Shown here: positions 9,339 to 16,550 of the stretch, piece after piece
Position numbering within the stretch: the first letter of the stretch is position 1
Layout of the letters: every line of letters starts with the position of its first letter
Origin: an uncultured virus (IMG/VR IMGVR_UViG_3300030333_001711)
Lineage: Duplodnaviria > Heunggongvirae > Uroviricota > Caudoviricetes
Length of the DNA: 20,000 bases
Direction: 5' to 3' (one strand)
IMG/VR virus record: IMGVR_UViG_3300030333_001711
The notes under the pieces: model-generated
Database searches by the model: none
Told to the model about the DNA's origin: nothing
Seen by the model: the letters and a program-made list of their open reading frames with translations, nothing else
Translations under genes and position numbers: made by a program

Positions 9339-10337
9339 ATGAGTTATGTTGATGTCAAGTACGCACGTCTTGTAGGCAGTCGTCTTGATCTCTTCAAGGA
9401 AAAGAAGACAAACCTATACAATTTTAGATGCCCTTATTGCGGAGACTCACAGAAACATAAGTCTAAAGCAAGAGGGTATTTTTTCGTCAAGGGTTCTGAT
9501 TTTATATTCAAGTGTCACAACTGTGGTGTTGGTAGAACACTAGGAAATTTCTTGAAGGATAATGCTAGAGACTTATACGATCAGTTTGTCTTAGAAAGAT
9601 ATAAGATGGGATTGACAGGTAAAAGTACAAGAGTTGCTGAACCAAAGTTTACAAGTCTTCAAACCAAACCAATCTTTAATACAGGTACTAAGATTCCAAA
9701 AATCTCAGACCTAAATAAAGAACACCCTGCAAGATCCTACCTTGAATCGAGAAACATTAATGGAGATAAACTTGATAGAATTTTCTATGCAGAACGTTTC
9801 AAAGAGTTTGTTAATAAACACAAACATACCTTTGACAATCTGCAAAACGATAGTCCAAGGATTATAATACCACTCATAGACCAAAGTGGAAAATGGTTTG
9901 GAATACAAGGGAGAGCAATCTCATCCAATCCAAAACTAAGATACATTACTATTATTTTCGATGAAACAAAACAAAAAGTCTTTGGTCTCGACACAATCGA
10001 TAGCAACAAGACAGTCTACATCGTGGAAGGACCGTTTGATTCCCTCTTCTTGGAAAACTGTGTTGCTATGTGCGGGTCCGATCTTGATCCTAGGACGTGT
10101 GGTTGGAGCGATAGTGTTTTTGTTTTTGATAACGAACCACGCAACAAACAAATCACCGACCGAATTGCAAAAGCAATATCAGGAGGTTACAAAGTCGTCA
10201 TCTGGAATAACTCCATAGAGGAAAAAGATGTCAACGATATGATTCTGTCTGGACATAATGTTCAAAGTATAGTAGAATCAAACACCTACTCAGGGTTAAC
10301 AGCACAAGTTAAATTTCAAAACTGGAAAAAAGTATGA
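9339..10337 (+). CDS. gp61: DNA primase (T4 gp61-like)
   Basis: Zn-ribbon RCPYCGDS...KCHNCG, RIIIP...QGR, and TOPRIM motifs VEGPFDSLF and FDNEPRN...KDVNDM. Confidence 0.95.
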   Translation: MSYVDVKYARLVGSRLDLFKEKKTNLYNFRCPYCGDSQKHKSKARGYFFVKGSDFIFKCHNCGVGRTLGNFLKDNARDLYDQFVLERYKMGLTGKSTRVAEPKFTSLQTKPIFNTGTKIPKISDLNKEHPARSYLESRNINGDKLDRIFYAERFKEFVNKHKHTFDNLQNDSPRIIIPLIDQSGKWFGIQGRAISSNPKLRYITIIFDETKQKVFGLDTIDSNKTVYIVEGPFDSLFLENCVAMCGSDLDPRTCGWSDSVFVFDNEPRNKQITDRIAKAISGGYKVVIWNNSIEEKDVNDMILSGHNVQSIVESNTYSGLTAQVKFQNWKKV

Positions 10338-12661
10338 ACGTAATTAAAAGGGATGGCACTGCCGAACCTCTCAACCTAGACAAGATACATCAAATGGTTG
10401 AGTTTGCCTGTGAAGACATAACAGGTGTATCATCATCACAAGTAGAAATGAATAGTGGTCTACAATTCTTTGATGGTATTGAATCAGAACAGATTCAAAA
10501 TATTCTTATTAAATCTGCGAGTGATTTGATTAGTTTAGATTCACCTAACTATCAGTTCGTAGCAGCAAGATTACTATTGTTTAGTGTTCGTAAACAAGTA
10601 TTTGCTGATTGGAATAATACTGGGTATCCTAAACTCAAAAGTCACGTTGAGACTTGTGCAGAAGCAGGAGTATATGATGGTGGAATCCTAAAGAAATATG
10701 ACGATGAAGAGTGGGAAGAACTAAATTCTTATATAGATCACCAACGTTGCTATGGATTTACATATGCAGGGTTGAGACAGATCGTAGATAAGTATCTTGT
10801 ACAAGACCGTAGCACTGGTAGAGTATATGAGACTCCTCAGTATATGTACATAATGGTTGCTGCAACCTTGTTCCAAGATTACCCTAAAGATAAAAGACTC
10901 GATTATGTCAAACGCTACTACACAGCAACCTCCAAAGGGAAAATCAACGTCCCAACTCCAGTTCTCGCAGGTGTTAGAACACCTCTTCGGCAGTTTGCGT
11001 CTTGCGTTTTGGTTGATGTTGACGACACCTTGGATAGTATTTTTACTTCTGATATGGCCATTGGTCGTTATGTTGCACAAAGGGCAGGGATTGGTATCAA
11101 CGCAGGTCGCATCCGTGGGATCAACAGTAAAATCCGTGGTGGAGAAGTCCAACACACAGGTGTTGTACCGTTCCTCAAAAAGTTTGAAAGCACTGTCAGA
11201 TGTTGCACTCAGAATGGCATTAGAGGTGGATCAGCGACTGTCCACTTCCCCATCTGGCACCAAGAAATAGAAGATATTATTGTTCTAAAGAACAACAAAG
11301 GCACAGAGGATAACCGTGTCAGAAAATTAGACTATAGTATTCAGTTCAGTGAGTTATTCTATAGAAGGTTTATCGAAAATGGAGAAATCACACTCTTCTC
11401 ACCACACGATGTACCAGGATTATATGATGCTTTTGGAACTCCTGAGTTTGATGCACTGTATGCTCAGTATGAGTTGGATGAATCAATACCTAAGAAAAAG
11501 ATAGGTGCACAAGATCTTATCCTAAACTTCTTGAAGGAAAGAGCAGAGACTGGTCGTCTATACATTATGAATATAGACCACTGTAATAGTCATAGTTCAT
11601 TCAAAGACAAGGTTAATATGAGTAACCTATGTCAGGAGATAACTCTACCTACCGATCCTTTAGATCATATAGATGAAGATGGTGGTGAGATTGCATTGTG
11701 TATTTTATCTGCTATTAACGTAGGTAAACTCCGTAGTCTTAATGAGTTAGAAGAACTATGTGATCTTGCAGTTCGTGGACTAGAAGAACTAATTGATTAC
11801 CAACGCTATCCTGTTGCAGCAGCACGACGTAGCACCCTTGCAAGACGCTCCTTGGGCATCGGATTCATCGGTCTAGCACATTACCTAGCAAAGAATGGAT
11901 TTAAGTATAACGATCAAGGTGCATATGATATAGTACATAACCTTACTGAAGCATTCCAATACAATCTTCTTAAAGCATCAAACGAGATAGCAAAAGAGAA
12001 GGGTGCTTGTGATGGTTTCTCTCACACAAAATACTCTGATGGAATCTTACCAATAGATACATATAAGAGTGAGGTAGATCAGATAACAAAAGAGGAATAC
12101 AAGTATGATTGGGAATCTCTTAGGGCATCTATCTTGGAGCACGGTCTCAGGCACTCAACACTGTCCGCACAAATGCCTTCAGAGAGCAGTTCCGTTGTGT
12201 CAAATGCAACCAATGGAATCGAACCACCTAGAGACTACTTGTCCGTTAAGAAGTCAAAAAAAGGACCTCTTAAGCAGATTGTTCCAGGGTTTCCCCATCT
12301 GAAAAACAAATACACATTACTTTGGGATATGCCATCTAACGAAGGATATATCAAAGTCACATCAGTTATGCAAAAGTTTTTTGATCAGGCAATTAGTGGT
12401 AACTGGAGTTATAATCCAGAGAACTATGATAACGATGAAGTGCCTGTCTCTGTTATGGCACAGGATCTTCTTACCACATACAAATATGGTTGGAAAACTT
12501 CTTACTATCAGAATACATATGATGCTAAGAAAGAAATTGAAGAACCTGCACATCCAATGGGATGGAGGGATGATATACCTATGGATGAAACCAATCAAAG
12601 ATTAAATCAACTCATACAAGAATTAGAACAGGAGGAAGACTGTGACAGTTGCAAAGTTTAA
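10334..12661 (+). CDS. nrdA: Ribonucleotide reductase class Ia alpha subunit
   Basis: N-terminal ATP cone (VIKRDG), SCVL, SNLCQEI, MPSESSS, KTSYY and C-terminal CDSCKV. Confidence 0.97.
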   Translation: MNVIKRDGTAEPLNLDKIHQMVEFACEDITGVSSSQVEMNSGLQFFDGIESEQIQNILIKSASDLISLDSPNYQFVAARLLLFSVRKQVFADWNNTGYPKLKSHVETCAEAGVYDGGILKKYDDEEWEELNSYIDHQRCYGFTYAGLRQIVDKYLVQDRSTGRVYETPQYMYIMVAATLFQDYPKDKRLDYVKRYYTATSKGKINVPTPVLAGVRTPLRQFASCVLVDVDDTLDSIFTSDMAIGRYVAQRAGIGINAGRIRGINSKIRGGEVQHTGVVPFLKKFESTVRCCTQNGIRGGSATVHFPIWHQEIEDIIVLKNNKGTEDNRVRKLDYSIQFSELFYRRFIENGEITLFSPHDVPGLYDAFGTPEFDALYAQYELDESIPKKKIGAQDLILNFLKERAETGRLYIMNIDHCNSHSSFKDKVNMSNLCQEITLPTDPLDHIDEDGGEIALCILSAINVGKLRSLNELEELCDLAVRGLEELIDYQRYPVAAARRSTLARRSLGIGFIGLAHYLAKNGFKYNDQGAYDIVHNLTEAFQYNLLKASNEIAKEKGACDGFSHTKYSDGILPIDTYKSEVDQITKEEYKYDWESLRASILEHGLRHSTLSAQMPSESSSVVSNATNGIEPPRDYLSVKKSKKGPLKQIVPGFPHLKNKYTLLWDMPSNEGYIKVTSVMQKFFDQAISGNWSYNPENYDNDEVPVSVMAQDLLTTYKYGWKTSYYQNTYDAKKEIEEPAHPMGWRDDIPMDETNQRLNQLIQELEQEEDCDSCKV

Positions 12662-13835
12662 ACTTAACAACGACGATCAACAAATGCCAAAGACAAAAAT
12701 TAAAGGAGTAACGGTATTCAATAAAGAAAAGAACAATACCAATCCTCCTATGTTCTTCGGACCACCTCTAGGAGTACAAAGATATGATGGTGCTAAGTAT
12801 CCAGTGTTTGATAAACTAACTAATCAACAACTAGGATACTTCTGGAGACCAGAAGAGGTCTCATTACAAAAAGATCGAAGTGACTTTGCTACATTAAATG
12901 AAACACAGAAACACATCTTCACGTCAAATCTCAGGTATCAGATCCTCCTTGACTCCGTACAAGGTCGTGGTCCTGGTCTTGCTTTCATCCCTTACTGTTC
13001 GATACCTGAGTTAGAATCTGCTATGATTGCGTGGGAATTTTTTGAGATGATACACTCAAAAAGTTACACACATATTATTAAGAATGTATATCCAGACCCA
13101 TCAGTTGTCTTTGACACTATCTTAGACGATGAAAAGATACTTGCACGTGCTAAGAGTGTTACAGAAGCGTATGATGACTTCATAAACGCTGCACAACAGT
13201 ATGGATCTGGTAATATGTGGGTACACAACCTTGACGGTGTACCTCTCGGTCACTATGAACTCGTTGAATTAAAACGTAAACTTTATAGGGCAGTAGTAAA
13301 TGTCAACATTTTGGAAGGAATTCGCTTCTATGTCTCCTTTGCGTGCTCGTTTGCATTTGGAGAACTTAAACTTATGGAGGGATCAGCAAAAATTATCTCC
13401 CTCATCTCAAGAGACGAAGCACAACATCTTGTCCTTACTCAACAAATCCTCGGAAAGTGGGCACAAGGAGACGACCCAGTAATGCTCCAGATAATTAAGG
13501 AGGAGAAAGATAGAGTAACTGAGATGTTTGTCAACGCAGTAAACGAAGAGAAAGCGTGGGCAGAATACTTATTTAAAGATGGTAGTATGATAGGATTGAA
13601 CGCTAAACTATTAGGACAGTATGTAGAATGGATTGCTAATCGTAGAATGAAAGCGATAGGAATAGATCCAATCTATGATATACCTTTAAGAAACAATCCA
13701 CTACCTTGGACAGAGCACTGGTTAAACTCCAGAGGACAACAGAATGCACCACAAGAAACTGAAATAGAATCATATGTAGTAGGTGCAATCAAACAAGACG
13801 TAACCTCTGACACCTTCAAAGGGTTCGAGTTGTAA
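12642..13835 (+). CDS. nrdB: Ribonucleotide reductase class Ia beta subunit
   Basis: FWRPEE, LDSVQGR, EMIHSKSY, LEGIRFYVSF, RDEAQH and APQETEIESY. GTG start with an AGGAGG RBS at 12630-12635. Confidence 0.96.
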   Translation: MTVAKFKLNNDDQQMPKTKIKGVTVFNKEKNNTNPPMFFGPPLGVQRYDGAKYPVFDKLTNQQLGYFWRPEEVSLQKDRSDFATLNETQKHIFTSNLRYQILLDSVQGRGPGLAFIPYCSIPELESAMIAWEFFEMIHSKSYTHIIKNVYPDPSVVFDTILDDEKILARAKSVTEAYDDFINAAQQYGSGNMWVHNLDGVPLGHYELVELKRKLYRAVVNVNILEGIRFYVSFACSFAFGELKLMEGSAKIISLISRDEAQHLVLTQQILGKWAQGDDPVMLQIIKEEKDRVTEMFVNAVNEEKAWAEYLFKDGSMIGLNAKLLGQYVEWIANRRMKAIGIDPIYDIPLRNNPLPWTEHWLNSRGQQNAPQETEIESYVVGAIKQDVTSDTFKGFEL

Positions 13836-13863
13836 CAGAACGGGTATTAAAACCTTTTAGTTG

Positions 13864-13871
13864 TATAAATA
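13864..13871 (+). promoter_or_regulatory. T4-like late promoter (TATAAATA)
   Basis: Exact consensus in the intergenic DNA after nrdB, upstream of the riboswitch-like island. Confidence 0.7.
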
Positions 13872-13911
13872 TATGTGAATGGTGACATTTCTCTAAGAAT
13901 ATGTTATCATT

Positions 13912-14150
13912 ATTTACAAACGTTCATCTAAATGATTAGTCTTGCACTATCGGGGTTTCTAATCGCTGAACACAATCCATCTCATTGGGAGATGTCTTGT
14001 TCAGAGTGGAACCAGAATAGGGTAGAGATTATGAGCGATCAGAATCTTATACCTGATGCCAAGGAGTATCTTATAGATTACTTCAGAACAAAGGTATCCG
14101 ACGATAGATGTGATGTCTTTATCATTGGACGCAAGTAAGTCGCGGAACGG
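13912..14150 (+). ncRNA. Downstream-peptide (glutamine-II riboswitch)-like element 1, with an ORF inside its P2 loop
   Basis: P1 CGTTC(13921-25)/GAACG(14145-49); P2 TCTA.ATGAT(13927-36)/ATCATTGGA(14121-29); junction CGCAA; possible pseudoknot ATTTAC(13912-17)/GTAAGT(14135-40). The family assignment rests on the recalled consensus and the YRG-peptide context. Confidence 0.6.
13932..14138 (+). CDS. Small protein with a hydrophobic N-terminus, nested in RNA element 1; paralog of 14163-14351
   Basis: 68 aa ORF that aligns without gaps to the next ORF (C.E.........S...L.P..[KR]E.LI[DE]). Confidence 0.7.
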   Translation: MISLALSGFLIAEHNPSHWEMSCSEWNQNRVEIMSDQNLIPDAKEYLIDYFRTKVSDDRCDVFIIGRK

Positions 14151-14359
14151 TACGTTCATCCTATGATTCATCTACTTGCTTTACTCATTGCAACTAACGG
14201 TTTTACCTGTGCAGAGATTGCTGCAAAGGTAGAGAAAGCAAAGAGTTATCCAGATCTTACACCTCAAGAGAGGGAAGAACTTATAGAACTCTATACAGTT
14301 TATTTGCCAGAGGCGATGGGAGTAGAATGTAATTGGGACGCAAACGACTGAAGGAACGG
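14138..14359 (+). ncRNA. Downstream-peptide (glutamine-II riboswitch)-like element 2, with an ORF inside its P2 loop
   Basis: P1 CGTTC(14153-57)/GAACG(14354-58); P2 TCCTA(14159-63)/TGGGA(14334-38); CGCAAACGACTGAAGGAACGG tail; pseudoknot AGTCG(14138-42)/CGACT(14345-49). Lies directly upstream of a YRG-motif peptide gene. Confidence 0.68.
14163..14351 (+). CDS. Small protein with a hydrophobic N-terminus, nested in RNA element 2 (ends WDAND)
   Basis: 62 aa ORF, paralogous to 13932-14138. Its last codons are the conserved RNA-motif nucleotides. Confidence 0.7.
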   Translation: MIHLLALLIATNGFTCAEIAAKVEKAKSYPDLTPQEREELIELYTVYLPEAMGVECNWDAND

Positions 14360-14395
14360 ATCTTAAAAACATCCAACTACTTTAGGAGTAAACAA

Positions 14396-14524
14396 ATGGC
14401 ACAAGTAACTTATCGTGGTATCCCTTATGATACCGACGCTCGTGTACAGAGTCAGAAGACTCAACAACCACAACAAAAGAATCTCGTTTATAGAGGTCTA
14501 AAAGTAAAGGAGGAGAACAAATGA
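14396..14524 (+). CDS. DUF4278-like YRG-motif peptide (42 aa)
   Basis: AGGAG RBS at 14384-88, ATG at 14396. MAQVTYRGIPYDT...LVYRGLKV has two YRG motifs. Confidence 0.85.
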   Translation: MAQVTYRGIPYDTDARVQSQKTQQPQQKNLVYRGLKVKEENK

Positions 14525-14613
14525 TGATTGTTACTCAGATAACCCTCCTTATGGCAGTTGCCCTTTCACTATTTTATTTTGAAGTCCGTCTACTGCAAAG
14601 ATTGGAGGGATAA
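14521..14613 (+). CDS. 30 aa hydrophobic peptide (not in the ORF track)
   Basis: AGGAGGAG RBS and ATGA overlap with the upstream stop. MMIVTQITLLMAVALSLFYFEVRLLQRLEG. Confidence 0.65.
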   Translation: MMIVTQITLLMAVALSLFYFEVRLLQRLEG

Positions 14614-14618
14614 GGTCT

Positions 14619-14807
14619 ATGTTAAGAATCCATTTTAGTTGGGGTCTTGACTATGATTTACCAGAGTATGATCCTGAGATCCACGATCCGAAAGAGGTCT
14701 TCGCTATGCTATGCTATAGAGGAGTTCATTACGCTAAATGGGTTCGATTAGATACATTCAATATAAATAACTGGTTTCTGCATAACCCTAGACAAACAGA
14801 AAATTAA
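14619..14807 (+). CDS. Small protein with a YRGVHY motif
   Basis: GGAGG RBS upstream. Contains LCYRGVHY, resembling the DUF4278 motif. Confidence 0.7.
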   Translation: MLRIHFSWGLDYDLPEYDPEIHDPKEVFAMLCYRGVHYAKWVRLDTFNINNWFLHNPRQTEN

Positions 14808-14816
14808 TGTTATAAT
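14789..14816 (+). promoter_or_regulatory. Sigma70-type promoter for talC (extended -10)
   Basis: TAGACA (14789-94), 16 bp spacer, TGnTATAAT (-10 at 14811-16). A TATAAATA also occurs at 14762-69. Confidence 0.55.
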
Positions 14817-14818
14817 AT

Positions 14819-14845
14819 AGAGATCCGCAAGGGTCTCTTTTTTTT
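14819..14845 (+). terminator. Rho-independent terminator
   Basis: AGAGATCC-GCAA-GGGTCTCT with a GNRA loop and a long T-run. Confidence 0.85.
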
Positions 14846-14880
14846 ACTCGAACTAAATAATGACAAAAAGGAAACGTCCA

Positions 14881-15546
14881 ATGAAAATATTTCTAGACTG
14901 TTCTGATCCAGAATTACTTAAACCTGCAATAGAAACAGGTTTAGTTGATGGAGTAACAACAAACCCATCTCTAATGAAAAAGCAAGGGATGGAACCTATG
15001 GATGTAATCCAAAAAATTACAGAATTATTTTCGTGGAGTTCGTCAGTTAGTGCTGAAGTCGTTGGAGAAACAGCAGACGATATGCTAGAGATGGCAGTAG
15101 ACTACTATCAGATAGCACCTAACGTAACAATTAAATTACCCTGTAACGTAGAAGGATTGAAAGCGTGTAGTGATCTTACAGAAGATGGTATCAAAACAAA
15201 TGTAACTTTAATCTTCTCAGAAGCACAAGCAGTTCTTGCAGCAAAAGCAGGTGCAACATATGTCTCACCTTTTGTAGGACGTGTTAATGACAATTCATTT
15301 GATGGTATAGGATTGATTAAAGGTATATCAGATTTGTATATGATGCACGACATAGAGACACAGATCTTATCTGCTTCTATAAGGGATGTTAAACAGGTCA
15401 CAGACAGTTGGAAAGCAGGTGCTGATGTAGTTACTATGCCAATAGGTATTTTTTGGAAAATGTATCAACACGTCTTGACAGACATAGGACTTGCACGTTT
15501 TAATGAAGACTGGAAAGCATTACAATCTGACTTACAAAATGGATAA
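14881..15546 (+). CDS. talC: Transaldolase (TalC/Fsa-type), an auxiliary metabolic gene
   Basis: MKIFLD, GVTTNPSL, TIKLP (Schiff-base lysine), NVTLIFS, YVSPFVGR and ASIR. An alternative start exists at 14860. Confidence 0.95.
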   Translation: MKIFLDCSDPELLKPAIETGLVDGVTTNPSLMKKQGMEPMDVIQKITELFSWSSSVSAEVVGETADDMLEMAVDYYQIAPNVTIKLPCNVEGLKACSDLTEDGIKTNVTLIFSEAQAVLAAKAGATYVSPFVGRVNDNSFDGIGLIKGISDLYMMHDIETQILSASIRDVKQVTDSWKAGADVVTMPIGIFWKMYQHVLTDIGLARFNEDWKALQSDLQNG

Positions 15547-15688
15547 AGACAAACTCAAAGTTTTGATTGGAGAATTGAAGTATCTAATCAACGAACTTGA
15601 ATCAGAAGTCTACTCAGATGTTACTACATATACTGAGGGACCTGATCATTTACCACAGTATGAACAAGAAGGAGTCGAACACGAATGA
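15539..15688 (+). CDS. Conserved small cyanophage hypothetical protein (49 aa)
   Basis: MDKDKLKVLIGELKYLINELESEVYSD...; the ATG at 15539 overlaps the end of talC. Confidence 0.7.
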   Translation: MDKDKLKVLIGELKYLINELESEVYSDVTTYTEGPDHLPQYEQEGVEHE

Positions 15689-16127
15689 ACAACACTATGA
15701 TAACCCGTGGATCTTTGATAGCAATATCTTTAACAGCACTGACATTGGGAGTAGTTACGGGTTCGTCTATGTCATCACAAACGAACGCACTGGACAAAAG
15801 TATATCGGACGCAAATACTTTGTTCAAAAACGAAAACCTAGAGGTGGAGGTAGGAGACGTACGAGTGAAAGCGACTGGAAGAATTACTATGGAAGTTGTC
15901 CAGATCTTAAGCGAGATATTAAGGAGTACGGAAAGCAATGTTTTTCCAGAAGAATACTCTCCTTACATCCCACCGTTGGAAAGACAAACTATGAAGAGAC
16001 ACGACAACTTTTTGCCAACAATGTATTAACAGAAAAATTAAAAGACGGTACACCTGCATACTATAACAGCAACATACTTGGTCGTTATTATAAAAAAGAC
16101 TATTACGATTCTGAATCCGTCACATAG
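15660..16127 (+). CDS. GIY-YIG-like endonuclease family protein (start uncertain)
   Basis: GFVYVITNERTGQKYIGRK...ESDWKNYYGS...E matches the GIY-YIG pattern. Confidence 0.75.
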   Translation: MNKKESNTNEQHYDNPWIFDSNIFNSTDIGSSYGFVYVITNERTGQKYIGRKYFVQKRKPRGGGRRRTSESDWKNYYGSCPDLKRDIKEYGKQCFSRRILSLHPTVGKTNYEETRQLFANNVLTEKLKDGTPAYYNSNILGRYYKKDYYDSESVT

Positions 16128-16151
16128 ACCCCTACACAGGGGTCTTTTTTT
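16126..16151 (+). terminator. Rho-independent terminator
   Basis: AGACCCCT-acac-AGGGGTCT followed by a T-run, then TGTGTATAAT (extended -10). Confidence 0.85.
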
Positions 16152-16181
16152 GTGTATAATAAGTACACTAACAATATTATT

Positions 16182-16436
16182 ATGCAACTAATTCACGAGA
16201 GATTCCCATACAAGTATGTTACTTGTGGTGATCTAGAGATCAATGGCAAACCAGATTGTCGTATTCTAAAGTTTGATGAGTACACAGAGAGATACAAAAC
16301 AATGTACTACTGTGACAATATGGATCAGATGATGACCGCTATAGAGGACTTCGAGTACACCAAATGGTTAGACCCATCAGGACCTCCTTGTTACGTACGT
16401 GACAGTTCTGATACAGATGCTACACTAATCTCGTAA
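16182..16436 (+). CDS. Conserved cyanophage hypothetical protein
   Basis: MQLIHERFPYKYV...NGKPDCRI...EDFEYTKWLDP. ATG at 16182 lies downstream of TATAAT (16155-60). Confidence 0.75.
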   Translation: MQLIHERFPYKYVTCGDLEINGKPDCRILKFDEYTERYKTMYYCDNMDQMMTAIEDFEYTKWLDPSGPPCYVRDSSDTDATLIS

Positions 16437-16493
16437 TATAAGTTTACATATCAGCATATTAAGTAAGGATTTGTACTCATTTTATTAAAATAC

Positions 16494-16523
16494 TTGACAC
16501 AAATCTTTACAATGCTATATAAT
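16494..16523 (+). promoter_or_regulatory. Sigma70-type promoter of the hli cluster
   Basis: TTGACA (16494-99), 18 bp spacer, TATAAT (16518-23). Confidence 0.7.
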
Positions 16524-16550
16524 ATATGTAACGTTTCTTTACAAAAGACA

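Noticed and set aside
10721..12605. Alternative-frame and antisense ORFs within nrdA (for example 10857-11270 +, 10721-11155 -, 12105-12302 +, 12381-12605 +)
   Set aside because: They lie wholly inside a highly conserved gene, with no RBS or recognisable motifs, and are expected shadow ORFs.
10334..13835. Intein, intron or homing endonuclease in nrdA or nrdB
   Set aside because: Both ORFs are continuous and of normal class Ia length, and no splicing motifs were seen.
13921..14359. CRISPR-like array or attachment-site reading of the CGTTCATC / GACGCAA / GGAACGG repeats
   Set aside because: There are only two units, the spacers are ~200 nt coding sequences, and no cas or integrase gene is nearby. 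The complementarity pattern fits an RNA aptamer better.
14333..14395. N-terminal extension of the YRG peptide ORF (TTG start at 14333)
   Set aside because: It overlaps the RNA motif, and the AGGAG RBS points to the ATG at 14396.
15660..16127. GIY-YIG gene as a mobile homing element
   Set aside because: It is short, has no evident extra DNA-binding domain, and is not within an intron or interrupting a gene. Mobility cannot be supported from the sequence.
16494..16550. TTG-start extension of the first hli, and the similar extensions at 16152 and 16673
   Set aside because: The TTG is the -35 box of the promoter. Downstream ATGs (16551, 16182, 16748) fit family N-termini and gene coupling.
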